NCBI GenBank assembly: GCA_002709075.1
Contig: PAPV01000014.1
Location: 479 to 64,478 of the forward strand
Source: Rhodospirillaceae bacterium
GTDB taxonomy: Bacteria; Pseudomonadota; Alphaproteobacteria; MPNO01; UBA2964
Length of the DNA stretch: 64,000 nucleotides
Direction: 5' to 3'
The notes under the pieces are model-generated. The model did no database searches. It saw only the letters and a program-made list of their open reading frames with translations, and was not told where the DNA came from. Shown one piece after another: positions 1 through 10,383 of this stretch (its first letter is position 1; every line of letters begins with the position of its first letter). The translations under genes were made by a program, and so were the position numbers.

Positions 1-1
1 C

Positions 2-502
2 GTGGATATACCGATTGTGATATATAATATACCAAGTCGATCAGTTATTGATATGTCGGTGGATACAATGGAGCGTTTGGCTAAACTTGAAAACATTTTA
101 GGAGTAAAGGACGCTACAAATGACGTATCCCGGGCAACTCGGCAGAAAATGGTAGTTAGCAAAGATTTTTCTATTCTCTCAGGAGAAGATGGAACTCAAC
201 TCGGTTTCCTTGCTCAAGGCGGTCATGGATGTATTTCAGTTACTGCAAATGTAGCCCCGGGATTAATGGCAAGATTTCACAGTGCATGGATTGATGGTGA
301 CGTGGACGTTGCTCAATCTATCAATGAACAGTTGATGCCGCTTCATAAAGATTTATTTTGTGAGACCAATCCTGCGCCTGTAAAATATGCTTTGAGTCTT
401 TTAGGCAAATGCACTGATAACGTTCGTTTGCCGATAGTGCCAGTTTCAAAAGAAAATCGTTCAAAAATTAAAGTTGCAATGCGAGCAGCAAGTTTAATTT
501 AA
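2..502 (+). CDS. dapA: 4-hydroxy-tetrahydrodipicolinate synthase, 3' part (5' end outside window)
   Basis: ORF open to left edge; [32 protein letters not shown] motifs of DapA-type class I aldolases. Confidence 0.85.
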   Translation: MDIPIVIYNIPSRSVIDMSVDTMERLAKLENILGVKDATNDVSRATRQKMVVSKDFSILSGEDGTQLGFLAQGGHGCISVTANVAPGLMARFHSAWIDGDVDVAQSINEQLMPLHKDLFCETNPAPVKYALSLLGKCTDNVRLPIVPVSKENRSKIKVAMRAASLI

Positions 503-515
503 AAAGGATTCTTTC

Positions 516-983
516 GTGACACGTTCAATTATCTCAAAAGCCGCTGCAGTGAATCGTAAGGCTAGGCATAACTTTTTTATAGAAGATACGTTCGAAACTG
601 GACTTGTTTTGACTGGAAGTGAAGTAAAATCACTAAGGTCTGGAAGGGCTAACATTGCGGAATCCTACGCTAATGAAGAAAAAAGTGAAATTTGGTTAAT
701 AAATTCATACATTCCTGAATATGAGCAAGCCGGGCTAAGAAATCATGAAGCGCGTCGACCTAGAAAGTTGTTGCTTCACAGGCGGCAAATCGAACGTTTG
801 GGAGGATTAGTGAGTAGGCAGGGAATGGCTCTTGTTCCTTTAAAGCTATATTTCAATGTTCGTGGTATTGCAAAACTTGAGCTAGGCTTAGCAAAAGGAA
901 AACGTCAGTATGACAAACGCGAGACCGAAAAAAAACGCGATTGGGAAAGAGAGAAAGCCAGGCTTATGCGTGATAAAGGATAG
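516..983 (+). CDS. smpB: SsrA-binding protein SmpB
   Basis: 155 aa, GTG start 7 nt after AGGA; [35 protein letters not shown] are SmpB signatures. Confidence 0.9.
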   Translation: MTRSIISKAAAVNRKARHNFFIEDTFETGLVLTGSEVKSLRSGRANIAESYANEEKSEIWLINSYIPEYEQAGLRNHEARRPRKLLLHRRQIERLGGLVSRQGMALVPLKLYFNVRGIAKLELGLAKGKRQYDKRETEKKRDWEREKARLMRDKG

Positions 984-1051
984 ATTGTGTAAAATTCTGT
1001 TTAGTTATAAGTAACCCTTGGTTTAATTTTTTACGGTATCTGATCACACAT

Positions 1052-1753
1052 TCACAATAGTTTTTTAATTTTTGAAAAGATTTCTTTAAACATTTCCTCA
1101 GTTAGCCGACCCGTGTTGGTGTTGTAACGAGAGCAGTGGTAACTATTGACTAGCAAAATGTTATGATTTAGCTCATGGATGGCACCATGACTAAATTTAT
1201 AACAAGATTTTTTTAAACCCATTGTGGCAAGAGTGGCGCCATGTGCAAGAACGCCAAGCGCAAGAATACAGCGAAGATTTCTCATCGCAGAGATTTCTTC
1301 AAATAAAAAATTGCGACAGGCAGCGACTTCCGATCCAACAGGTTTGTTTTGTGGGGGAACACACCTAACTGCATTACAAATCCGGCAATTCACAAGACTC
1401 AGACTATCACCCCCATTTTCGGCATAAGTGCCATGAGTAAAGCCAAAATCATCGAGGGTTGCGTAAAGCAGGTTTCCGGCGTAGTCGCCTGTAAAAGGGC
1501 GTCCTGTTGAGTTCGCCCCCCGTAGGCCTGGAGCAAGCCCAACAATAAGCAATTCTGCATTCAGGGAACCGAAAGAGGGCACTGGTGCGTTAAACCAATT
1601 GGGTTCAAGCATTCGCCAAGACTCCCGAAATTTCACAAGCCTAGGGCATAGAGTACAATTTGGTTCGGGGTCGGAAAAACAAGGGTTGTTCAATGCGGGC
1701 TCGTTAGTTTTTTTCCAAGGTTTCTTCTGAGGACGAGGCCGGAACCTCGACAT
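1052..1753 (-). CDS. uracil-DNA glycosylase superfamily protein (family 4/5-like)
   Basis: GLAPGLRGANSTGRPFTGDYAG motif plus CTLCPRL and HCSRYN; start trimmed to ATG at 1753 (ORF track 1840) to reduce overlap with upstream gene. Confidence 0.7.
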   Translation of the reverse strand: MSRFRPRPQKKPWKKTNEPALNNPCFSDPEPNCTLCPRLVKFRESWRMLEPNWFNAPVPSFGSLNAELLIVGLAPGLRGANSTGRPFTGDYAGNLLYATLDDFGFTHGTYAENGGDSLSLVNCRICNAVRCVPPQNKPVGSEVAACRNFLFEEISAMRNLRCILALGVLAHGATLATMGLKKSCYKFSHGAIHELNHNILLVNSYHCSRYNTNTGRLTEEMFKEIFSKIKKLL

Positions 1754-2369
1754 CAATCGCTTGGCTATCTTCAACGTACCCAGTATGTTGGTTATCCTCA
1801 ATGTGCCCCGCAGGTTGTCCTCCCTCACTATTGGAGTCACGCGCTACTAGATTTGTTAAATCACCAAGTTCTATAAAATTGTCAGCTTGACGCCTTAGTT
1901 CATCTGCGACCATTGGAGGGGACGTGCGAAACGTGCTCACAACCGTGACACGACAACCGCGTTTTTGCACTGCATCTACCAAACGCTTAAAATCCCCATC
2001 GCCGGAAAACAAAACAATATGATCAATATGCTCAGCCATTTCCAGAACATCGATGGCTAGTTCCATATCCATATTTCCCTTGATTTTTTTTCTACCGGTA
2101 GAGTCCGTAAATTCTTTGGTAGGCTTTGTTACCATCGTGTAGCCATTATAATCTAGCCAATCTACAAGTGGTCGAATTGGTAAATAGTCTTGCTCCTCCA
2201 TAAGGGCCGTGTAGTAATAAGCGCGAATCAAACGGCCAGATGAAGAAAAAATTTCTAGTAGATTTTTATAATCTATATCAAAGTCTAAAGCACGAGCTGC
2301 AGCGTAAAGATTTGATCCATCTATAAATAGACCAATCCGCTCTTCGGGGTAAAATTTTACATTTTTCAT
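1704..2369 (-). CDS. NYN-domain (LabA-like) protein
   Basis: RIGLFIDGSNLY, GNMDMELAID, LFSGDGDFKRLV motifs of NYN/LabA family; ATG 2369 preferred, GTG 2399 and ATG 2387 also possible. Confidence 0.7.
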   Translation of the reverse strand: MKNVKFYPEERIGLFIDGSNLYAAARALDFDIDYKNLLEIFSSSGRLIRAYYYTALMEEQDYLPIRPLVDWLDYNGYTMVTKPTKEFTDSTGRKKIKGNMDMELAIDVLEMAEHIDHIVLFSGDGDFKRLVDAVQKRGCRVTVVSTFRTSPPMVADELRRQADNFIELGDLTNLVARDSNSEGGQPAGHIEDNQHTGYVEDSQAIDVEVPASSSEETLEKN

Positions 2370-2495
2370 CGGTATACCTGAATCCATTAAAAATGGCACA
2401 ATAACTAATTAGAAGAAATAAAAATGTTCAGTTTCGTTTAAATTTTATTCTTAGATGTGTTTTTACAATAACTGGCGGTAACAAAAAAGGCGTTT

Positions 2496-3002
2496 TTGAT
2501 GATATTTATAGGACTTGGTGCTAATTTGCCTCATCCTCTTTATGGCAAGCCACAGGCAACTATTAAAGCTGCGGTTGCTGCATTGACTTCTTCAGTTACA
2601 AAAGTTTTAGCTTGTTCACCACTTTACATTAGTAGTCCTGTTCCAATTTCAGATGATCCCTTATTTATTAACGCAGTAGCACTCATGGATACAGATTTGG
2701 CGCCTTCCGATTTGATGAGTTTCATGCATTCTGTTGAGGAACTATTTGGTCGTATCAGAACTACTACCAATGCAGCTCGTGTTTTAGACTTGGATCTTAT
2801 TGCATATAAAGATTTCGTGTCAGTTCCTGATGAGATACCAATTTTACCCCATCCAAGAATGAGCGAAAGAGGTTTTGTTTTGCTACCGTTGGCGGACCTG
2901 GTTCCAACTTGGAAGCACTGCAAGACTGGGATCAGCGTTAGAGAGTTAATTGCGGCATTACCACCTGAACAAAATTGTGTTCGGTTGCCTGATGACTTTT
3001 AA
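2496..3002 (+). CDS. folK: 2-amino-4-hydroxy-6-hydroxymethyldihydropterin diphosphokinase
   Basis: IGLGANL, PLYISSPV, RVLDLDLI, LPHPRMSERGFVLLPL are HPPK signatures. Confidence 0.85.
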   Translation: MMIFIGLGANLPHPLYGKPQATIKAAVAALTSSVTKVLACSPLYISSPVPISDDPLFINAVALMDTDLAPSDLMSFMHSVEELFGRIRTTTNAARVLDLDLIAYKDFVSVPDEIPILPHPRMSERGFVLLPLADLVPTWKHCKTGISVRELIAALPPEQNCVRLPDDF

Positions 3003-3096
3003 AAGAATGTGGCAGACAGGATAGCACATTAGCTTGCATTTTAATGTTAGTTGCTACTATAGTCAGAGATTATATTTATCGAAGGAATTATACAAA

Positions 3097-3510
3097 ATGG
3101 CACGGGTAACAGTGGAAGATTGTGTTGAAAAGGTAAGCAATCGTTTTGAGTTAGTTCTCCTAGCAGCACAACGTGCGAGAGATCTCTCTGTTGGTGCAGA
3201 AATGCAAGTTGAAAAAGACAATGATAAAAATCCGGTTGTAGCACTTAGGGAGATTGCAGAAGACAAAGTTGATCATGATGCGCTTCAAGAAGAAGTTGTA
3301 AGGGGTATGCAGAGGCATATTGAGCGTGATGATCCGGAGGACGATGAAGATGATATTGAAGCACTGGAGGCAGAAATGGCTGCTACTGCCGAAATCGAGG
3401 CCATGATTGAAGCTGCTGGGATTGACTCAACGTTAGCTGATACTAAACCACCGGGTAACGACCTCACGAACTCTTTATCGACGGGTGTAACCAACGGTGG
3501 AAAGAGTTAA
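3097..3510 (+). CDS. rpoZ: DNA-directed RNA polymerase subunit omega
   Basis: [31 protein letters not shown]-terminus; start set to ATG 3097 inside longer track ORF; acidic C-terminal tail. Confidence 0.9.
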   Translation: MARVTVEDCVEKVSNRFELVLLAAQRARDLSVGAEMQVEKDNDKNPVVALREIAEDKVDHDALQEEVVRGMQRHIERDDPEDDEDDIEALEAEMAATAEIEAMIEAAGIDSTLADTKPPGNDLTNSLSTGVTNGGKS

Positions 3511-3566
3511 ATGCGCGTATTTACTTTCGCATGATGTTCAAACAATACTGAAAATTAGGATACAGT

Positions 3567-5699
3567 TTGCTTCGTCAGTATGAGCTAGTAGATCGCGTTA
3601 AAGCCTATGATGCTAATGCAAATGAGGACGCATTGAATAGGGCTTACGTTTTTTCGATGGTAGCGCATGGTTCTCAAGTTCGGGCCTCTGGAGATCCCTA
3701 TTTCTCTCATCCCGTCGAGGTTGCCGGTATTCTCAGCGATTTAAAACTCGACAGTGACACCATTGTCACAGGATTATTGCACGACACAGTTGAGGACACT
3801 GTTGCCACAATCACTGAAATAGAATCTCTTTTTGGAAAATCGGTTGCAAGTCTCGTTGATGGTGTTACTAAACTCTCAAAGTTGGAACTTCAATCTGATG
3901 ACAAACGTCAGGTTGAAAACTTTCGTAAACTTCTCCTTGCAACCTCAAGGGATATTCGCGTTCTCTTAGTTAAATTAGCTGATAGACAGCATAACATGCA
4001 GACGCTTCACCATATAAAAAGCTCAGGAAAAAGATCGCGTATCGCTCGAGAAACCCTTGAGATATTTGCACCTCTTGCTGAAAGAATAGGCATGCATCAG
4101 CTTAAAGATAATCTTGAAGATTTAGCGTTTTCTGAATTGCACACTGATGCCCGGTCTACTATCGTAGCGCGTCTATCTTTTTTGCGTGAGGAAGCTGTTG
4201 AACAGGATATAATAGGCCAAATAGGTGATGAACTTACTAACGTGCTCAAAAGCGCAGGAATAAAAGCTAGCATATCGGGACGAGAAAAAAGTCCTTATTC
4301 GATATGGCGTAAGATGCAACAAAAAAACGTAGAATTTGAGCGTCTTTCAGATATCATGGCATTTCGGGTAGTGGTGGATAATATCGGTGACTGTTATAAA
4401 GCTCTAGGTATTGTTCATAAAGAATATCGTTGTGTGCCGGGACGTTTTAAAGACTATATTTCAACTCCGAAGCGTAATGGTTATCGTTCCATACACACGG
4501 GGGTAATAGGCCCTTTGCGTCTCCGTCTGGAAATTCAGTTTCGAACGCAAGAAATGTGCGACGTTGCAGAATTCGGGGTAGCAGCACATTGGCGATATAA
4601 AGAAAGTTCAGATCCAATTGAAACCGTAGAGTATGGGTGGGTGAAGGAATTACTTGAGATACTTGATGATGTAGCAGATCAGGAGGAATTTTTTGAACGC
4701 ACAAGGTTGGATTTGTACAAGGACCGGGTTTTTTGTTTTACCCCTAAGGGTGAATTAATTGCCCTCCCACAGGGAGCAACCCCTGTAGATTTTGCTTACG
4801 AGGTGCACTCTGAAGTTGGTGATAGTTGCGTCAGCGCAAAAATAAACGGACGAACCATACCCCTGAAAACAAAATTGCAGAACGGAGATCAGGTTCAAAT
4901 CATTACTTCTAAGGCAGGAACGCCCGAACCAGAATGGGAACAGTATGTTGTGACTGGAAAGGCCAGATCTCGTATCCGTAGTTTTATTCGAAGCCAGCGT
5001 AGGAATGAATGTATAAAGCTTGGAGCAGCTATTTTAGACAAATCCATAGCTTCTAGGGGGATAAAAATTTCAGATAAGCTTTTAGAGGATGCTCTGCCTC
5101 GATTAGATGCAAACGATATTGATGCGCTTTTTTTGCAAGTTGGTGAGGGTGATCTCAACGCTGATTTAATAACCGATATAATAGTTGGCACCAAGCAAAT
5201 CCCTCAAACGGTTGGCAAAATAAAAAATTTCAAAAAAAATGGAGGTCATGCCATATCTCTGCAAGGGCTTAAAGCCGGTTTGATGGTTCATTATTCTAAC
5301 TGCTGCCATCCCCTTCCCGGAGATCGAATTGTGGGTATAAGAGCCCCGGGGAAGGGAGTAGCAATTCATACCATAGACTGTATAAGCCTTGAGAGTTTTT
5401 ACGATATGCCAGAACGATGGATGGATGTATCTTGGGATTATCCATCGGCAAAAAAAACTACCCACGTTGGAAGATTAACTCTGCAGGTTGAAAACCAGAG
5501 GGGAACACTTGCGGCTTTGGCGGCAGGCGTAGCCAACAATGATGGAAATATTATCAATCTTAAAATAATAAATCGCGAACCATCTTGGTTTGAACTGGCT
5601 CTTGATATAGAGGTTAGAGATGCCAGGCATTTAAACGAAATCATAGCATCATTGCGTAGTTTGTCTGTGGTCGGTACTGTTGATCGGGAGGTGCTTTAA
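3567..5699 (+). CDS. spoT: bifunctional (p)ppGpp synthetase/hydrolase (RSH family)
   Basis: 710 aa; HD hydrolase (SHPVEVA, HDTVEDT), RelA/SpoT synthetase (YRSIHT), TGS and C-terminal ACT-like regions; TTG start after AGGA; follows rpoZ. Confidence 0.9.
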   Translation: MLRQYELVDRVKAYDANANEDALNRAYVFSMVAHGSQVRASGDPYFSHPVEVAGILSDLKLDSDTIVTGLLHDTVEDTVATITEIESLFGKSVASLVDGVTKLSKLELQSDDKRQVENFRKLLLATSRDIRVLLVKLADRQHNMQTLHHIKSSGKRSRIARETLEIFAPLAERIGMHQLKDNLEDLAFSELHTDARSTIVARLSFLREEAVEQDIIGQIGDELTNVLKSAGIKASISGREKSPYSIWRKMQQKNVEFERLSDIMAFRVVVDNIGDCYKALGIVHKEYRCVPGRFKDYISTPKRNGYRSIHTGVIGPLRLRLEIQFRTQEMCDVAEFGVAAHWRYKESSDPIETVEYGWVKELLEILDDVADQEEFFERTRLDLYKDRVFCFTPKGELIALPQGATPVDFAYEVHSEVGDSCVSAKINGRTIPLKTKLQNGDQVQIITSKAGTPEPEWEQYVVTGKARSRIRSFIRSQRRNECIKLGAAILDKSIASRGIKISDKLLEDALPRLDANDIDALFLQVGEGDLNADLITDIIVGTKQIPQTVGKIKNFKKNGGHAISLQGLKAGLMVHYSNCCHPLPGDRIVGIRAPGKGVAIHTIDCISLESFYDMPERWMDVSWDYPSAKKTTHVGRLTLQVENQRGTLAALAAGVANNDGNIINLKIINREPSWFELALDIEVRDARHLNEIIASLRSLSVVGTVDREVL

Positions 5700-5869
5700 C
5701 CATTCAAATTATTTTTTTGTATCAATTTCCAGTTTATTATTCGGATACTCATGCCATTTCGTGCATTTTGTTTGAAATAGTGAACGAATTATTTATCTTT
5801 GATATATAGGTCAAATCGTTTTAAAATTTGGTTAAATAAGTGTTTCAAGAAAGCGACTAACTGAGTCTA

Positions 5870-6622
5870 ATGAGTAATTTTCTTCGTTTGGGTGTTAATA
5901 TTGATCACGTTGCTACTATACGAAATACTCGAGGGGGGAGTCATCCAGACCCGGTGCGCGCAGCTCAGTTAGCTGCTGAGGCAGGGGCTAACAGCATCAC
6001 AGCACACCTCCGTGAAGATCGGCGTCACATACTTGATAACGATATCACTCGAATAAATTTGGAAGTTGACCTACCTCTAAACTTAGAAATGGCACCAACT
6101 GAAGAAATGTTAAAAATTGCTCTTGAACATAAGCCTTTCGCAGTTTGTATGGTTCCGGAAAAACGTAGAGAGAGGACAACTGAAGGTGGGTTAGATGTAG
6201 TCGGGGGAAGGGGTTTTTTAAAAGATTATGTTGCCCAACTGGCTGATGCAGGAATTCGGGTATCCTTGTTTGTTGAACCAGAGCTAGATCAAATTTCTAC
6301 AGCAGCAGAAATCGGTGCTGCAGTGGTCGAATTACACACAGGAAAATATTGTGACGCTGTACCTGACGCTGGATCAAGGGAAAAAGAGCTTTTGAGCATT
6401 TCAAAAGCAGCAGATTTTGCACAAAATATTGGAATAGAATGCCATGCTGGGCATGGATTGGGATTTGATACAGTGAAACCTATAGCTGCTATAGGGGTAA
6501 TAAAGGAATTAAATGTAGGGCATTTTCTTATTGGTGAAGCTGTTTTTTTGGGTTTGGGTAATGCAATAAAACACTTTCGGACCTTGATGAATGAAGCCCG
6601 TGAAAACATTCCAGAGAGATAA
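5870..6622 (+). CDS. pdxJ: pyridoxine 5'-phosphate synthase
   Basis: LGVNIDHVATIRN, ITAHLREDRRHI, ELHTG signatures. Confidence 0.9.
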   Translation: MSNFLRLGVNIDHVATIRNTRGGSHPDPVRAAQLAAEAGANSITAHLREDRRHILDNDITRINLEVDLPLNLEMAPTEEMLKIALEHKPFAVCMVPEKRRERTTEGGLDVVGGRGFLKDYVAQLADAGIRVSLFVEPELDQISTAAEIGAAVVELHTGKYCDAVPDAGSREKELLSISKAADFAQNIGIECHAGHGLGFDTVKPIAAIGVIKELNVGHFLIGEAVFLGLGNAIKHFRTLMNEARENIPER

Positions 6623-6634
6623 AGGCGAAAGCTA

Positions 6635-7033
6635 ATGATTATCGGGATCGGAAGTGACATAATTAATATAAATCGAATTGAAAGAGTTTTAGAACGTTAT
6701 GGAGATAGGTTCATTAAACGGATTTTTACGCCGGTAGAGAAAGAGAAGTCTGAACAGCGTATCAGTCGGGTTGAGAGTTACGCAAAGCGTTTTGCGGCTA
6801 AAGAGGCGTGTGCGAAAGCACTCGGAACTGGGTTCAGGAAAGGCATTTTTTGGCGAGACATGGGCGTAGTAAATCTTACAAGTGGGCAACCAACCATGCA
6901 ATTAACTGGAAATGCAGAAAAAAGATTGATTGAAATAACTCCTGATGGAGCGCAATCTAAAATTGACATAAGTTTGACCGATGAACCACCTTTCGCTCAG
7001 GCAGTCGTTGTTATTACAGCTGTGGCATCGTAA
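6635..7033 (+). CDS. acpS: holo-[acyl-carrier-protein] synthase
   Basis: [22 protein letters not shown] signatures, 132 aa. Confidence 0.9.
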   Translation: MIIGIGSDIININRIERVLERYGDRFIKRIFTPVEKEKSEQRISRVESYAKRFAAKEACAKALGTGFRKGIFWRDMGVVNLTSGQPTMQLTGNAEKRLIEITPDGAQSKIDISLTDEPPFAQAVVVITAVAS

Positions 7034-7122
7034 TGATATGAAAATAAAGCAAGGTGAAAGTTAAGGACGCCAATGGAATCATCAGTCGCGTTTGATTACT
7101 GTAAAGTTTTAATGAGAAAATA

Positions 7123-7884
7123 ATGGCAAATAACGTAGATAAACAAAATGTTACGAGAGGTGGCGTATGGGAAACTGCTAAGACCATTGTATATGCCATA
7201 CTGCTTGCAATTGTAATTCGAAGTCTAGCATTTGAACCATTTAATATTCCATCAGGTTCGATGATACCTAATCTTTTAGTAGGCGACTATCTCTTTGTGT
7301 CTAAGTATTCTTATGGTTACAGCAAACATTCGTTGCCTTTTAGTCCACCATTATTTTCCGATAGGTTTATGGGTAAAGCTCCCGAGCGGGGAGATGTCGC
7401 GGTTTTTAAATTACCAAGAGATAATGATACCGATTATATCAAACGGGTTGTTGGAATGCCTGGTGATAGGGTGCAGATGGTTAAGGGGCGGGTAAAAATT
7501 AATGGCACTATAGTGCAACGGAAAAGAATTGAAAATTTTATAGATTTTCGGGTAGGAAAGAGCTGGCCTCAATATGTAGAACAACTGCCAAACGGACGTG
7601 AATACCGCATCATCGAACAATTTGGTGATTTTTCTCCTCTTGACAATACGGGTGTCTACGTTGTTCCAAAAGGTCATTATTTTATGATGGGCGATAACCG
7701 TGATAATTCTGCTGACAGCAGAGTTCAGCGTGGAACTGACCGGGTGGGTTTTGTTCCACTTGAAAACTTTGTGGGACGCGCAGAAGTTATTTTCTTTTCT
7801 ACCGACGGAAGTTCCAGTATTTGGGAAATCTGGAAATGGATCCCAGCTATAAGGTTTGGTCGTTTCTTCAGGATAATCCAGTAG
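7123..7884 (+). CDS. lepB: signal peptidase I
   Basis: N-terminal TM helix, SGSMIPNLLVGD (catalytic Ser box), YIKRVVGMPGD, GDNRDNSADSR boxes. Confidence 0.9.
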   Translation: MANNVDKQNVTRGGVWETAKTIVYAILLAIVIRSLAFEPFNIPSGSMIPNLLVGDYLFVSKYSYGYSKHSLPFSPPLFSDRFMGKAPERGDVAVFKLPRDNDTDYIKRVVGMPGDRVQMVKGRVKINGTIVQRKRIENFIDFRVGKSWPQYVEQLPNGREYRIIEQFGDFSPLDNTGVYVVPKGHYFMMGDNRDNSADSRVQRGTDRVGFVPLENFVGRAEVIFFSTDGSSSIWEIWKWIPAIRFGRFFRIIQ

Positions 7885-8576
7885 TGCTTGATAGAAACAC
7901 TGCCCATACATCGCTTGCCGAATTTATTGGATACAATTTCATACGCCCTGAACTGTTGGAATGTGCATTGACACATTCTAGTTTTTCTTGCCATCCTTGT
8001 AAGTCCAATGAGAGACTCGAGTTTTTGGGCGATCGAGTTCTTGGATTAGTTGTTGCTGAAATTTTACTAAAATACTTTCCGTACGAGAACGAAGGACAAA
8101 TTGCCCGTCGTCTTGCGGCCGTAGTAGACAGAAAAACTCTTGTACATATTGCGCGCTTAATTAAGCTTGGTGATTATCTGCGAGTGTCAAACGGAAACAG
8201 TAAAACTGATTTGTTAGTGGGGCAGGATGCGGTTCTTGCCGATGCGGTGGAAGCTATTTTGGGCGCGATTTATCTTGATGCAGGATTGCCTGCAGTTCAA
8301 TCAGTAATAGAACGATTGTGGGAGCCTCTTATTAATGCCGATACCGTGCCACCGATAGATGCGAAAACCAAATTACAAGAGTGGCTTCAAAAGCGGCACA
8401 AGGGCCTACCCAATTACATAGTTCAAGAGCGAACCGGCCCTGATCATGCGCCAGCATTTACGGTTAAAGCAGCTTTGGAAGACGGTCGTTTTAGTATTGG
8501 CGTAGGAAAATCAAAAAGACTGGCAGAACAAAATGCAGCGGTTAAACTCTTAGTAAAAATAGAAAATAAGAAATGA
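7821..8576 (+). CDS. rnc: ribonuclease III
   Basis: ALTHSS, ERLEFLGDRVL, dsRBD at C-terminus. Start ambiguous: TTG 7821, ATG 7836, or GTG 7884 (overlaps lepB stop by 1 nt and gives the usual ~13-aa lead before IGYNF). Confidence 0.9.
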   Translation: MGNLEMDPSYKVWSFLQDNPVVLDRNTAHTSLAEFIGYNFIRPELLECALTHSSFSCHPCKSNERLEFLGDRVLGLVVAEILLKYFPYENEGQIARRLAAVVDRKTLVHIARLIKLGDYLRVSNGNSKTDLLVGQDAVLADAVEAILGAIYLDAGLPAVQSVIERLWEPLINADTVPPIDAKTKLQEWLQKRHKGLPNYIVQERTGPDHAPAFTVKAALEDGRFSIGVGKSKRLAEQNAAVKLLVKIENKK

Positions 8577-9475
8577 ACGACACTTTTGAAAGGTGTGGAT
8601 ACGTAGTCCTTTTGGGTGCCCCGAACGCAGGAAAATCAACCTTACTTAATCGATTAACGGGAGCAAAGATTTCTATTGTTACTCATAAAACTCAGACTAC
8701 TCGTACGAGAGTAATAGGTATGTTTGTCCGCGGGTCGTCTCAGATTTTGCTTGTGGATACACCCGGCATATTCGAGCCCAAAAGGCGTTTTGAGCGGGCG
8801 ATGGTCTCCGCTGCGTGGAGTGGAGTAACCGACGCGGATGTAAAATTACTAATTGTTGATGCAAGTAATCCTGATTTTACCAATGTGAACCTTATCATTG
8901 ATGAACTCTCCCGAGCAGGTCACACGGCAGTTCTTGCGATAAATAAAATTGATAAACTCAAACGGTCGAAACTTTTGTCTATCGTCGCCAAAATCAATGC
9001 TAACAAAACATTTTCTAAAACATTTTTGATTTCAGGTCTTAATGGTGATGGTGTGGACGATTTAGTAGCTTTTTTAGGAGATTCCGTTCCCCATGGAAAG
9101 TGGTTATATCCATCAGATCAAATTTCAGATATGAATGACAGGCTGTTTGCAGCTGAAATAACGCGGGAAAAACTGTTCCTACAGTTACATCAGGAACTTC
9201 CGTATTCGTTGACAGTTGAGACAGTATCTTGGCAAGAACGTAAGGATGGAAGCGTCAGGATTGAACAAGTTGTTTATGTGACTCGGCCCGGTCATAAAGG
9301 TATTTTGCTCGGTAAAGGTGGCCAACAAGTTAAACGTATAGGTGCTGCGGCTCGAAGGGAGTTGGAATTAACATTAAATAAACGGGTCCATTTATTGATT
9401 TTTGTGAAGGTAAGTAAAAAATGGCACGATGATGCAGAAAGATACAGTGCAATTGGCCTGAAGTTTTATCAATAA
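8573..9475 (+). CDS. era: GTPase Era
   Basis: GAPNAGKSTLLN (G1), DTPG (G3), NKID (G4), KH domain; ATGA overlap with rnc. Confidence 0.9.
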   Translation: MNDTFERCGYVVLLGAPNAGKSTLLNRLTGAKISIVTHKTQTTRTRVIGMFVRGSSQILLVDTPGIFEPKRRFERAMVSAAWSGVTDADVKLLIVDASNPDFTNVNLIIDELSRAGHTAVLAINKIDKLKRSKLLSIVAKINANKTFSKTFLISGLNGDGVDDLVAFLGDSVPHGKWLYPSDQISDMNDRLFAAEITREKLFLQLHQELPYSLTVETVSWQERKDGSVRIEQVVYVTRPGHKGILLGKGGQQVKRIGAAARRELELTLNKRVHLLIFVKVSKKWHDDAERYSAIGLKFYQ

Positions 9476-9626
9476 ATTCATAAGAATTTCTTTTATTGAC
9501 TAATTTTTTGGTGTTACACTTTGGCATGCCAGTTAGGTGCAAATTAGTTCATGTATAATTAAGATTTACGGAATGGTTGGTATCAGATCAAGTTGCGACC
9601 AAATTTTACGAAGTACATATATTATT

Positions 9627-10340
9627 ATGGAATGGATTGACAAGGGTTACGTTCTAACCACCCGTTATCATGGTGAAAATTCTCTTATAGTATCGCTGCT
9701 TACTGAAAAAAATGGTAAAAGCTCTGGTCTAGTGCATGGCGGCGGTTCTTCAAAGAGGCGTGGAATTTATCAACCTGGTAATTTTCTCGATATAATATGG
9801 AAGGCACGTTTGCCAGACCACCTTGGCACATACAGATGTGAACTCATACGTTCGCATGCCGCCAATTTTCTTGATGCACCTCTTCCACTTTTAGCGCTGA
9901 GTTCGGCAGTAATAATACTTGAGCGCGCGCTACCAGAACGTGAACCAGACCGAGAATTATTCAAAAAATTCGGCTTATTGTTAAAAGTTTTAAGAGAGGT
10001 TGATTGGGCACCTTCATATGTCAGATGGGAGTTGGATCTGTTGACAAATTTAGGGTTTGGACTTGATTTGTCCAAATGTGCAGTAACTGGTTGTGCTGAA
10101 GAGTTAACACATGTTTCACCAAAGACTGGAAAAGCGGTCTCAGAGGAGATTGCTCGCCCTTATGCTGATAAGCTTTTGGTTCTGCCGAGATTCTTACTTA
10201 AAAGTGGATTTGACGAGGATCTAAGAGATTTGATAAATGGTTTTGCACTTACTGGATATTTTCTTCAACGCCATGTGTTTGGGGGTAAGCCAGATGCCTT
10301 GCCAATTCAGAGGGAAAGAATGATTGCAGCTCTAACCTGA
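9627..10340 (+). CDS. recO: DNA repair protein RecO
   Basis: MEWIDKGYVL...YHGENSLIVSLLT N-terminal OB region typical of RecO; position after era; start trimmed to ATG 9627. Confidence 0.8.
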   Translation: MEWIDKGYVLTTRYHGENSLIVSLLTEKNGKSSGLVHGGGSSKRRGIYQPGNFLDIIWKARLPDHLGTYRCELIRSHAANFLDAPLPLLALSSAVIILERALPEREPDRELFKKFGLLLKVLREVDWAPSYVRWELDLLTNLGFGLDLSKCAVTGCAEELTHVSPKTGKAVSEEIARPYADKLLVLPRFLLKSGFDEDLRDLINGFALTGYFLQRHVFGGKPDALPIQRERMIAALT

Positions 10341-10383
10341 TTCGTATCATGAATATATAAAGGGGATTTTTAAGAGCTGAATA

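Noticed and set aside
1704-1753. 50-nt overlap between the NYN-domain gene 3' end and the uracil-DNA glycosylase 5' end as a functional coupling
   Set aside because: This is more likely start-codon uncertainty for the glycosylase, where a non-ATG start further downstream is possible. The overlap is in different frames and has no special sequence feature.
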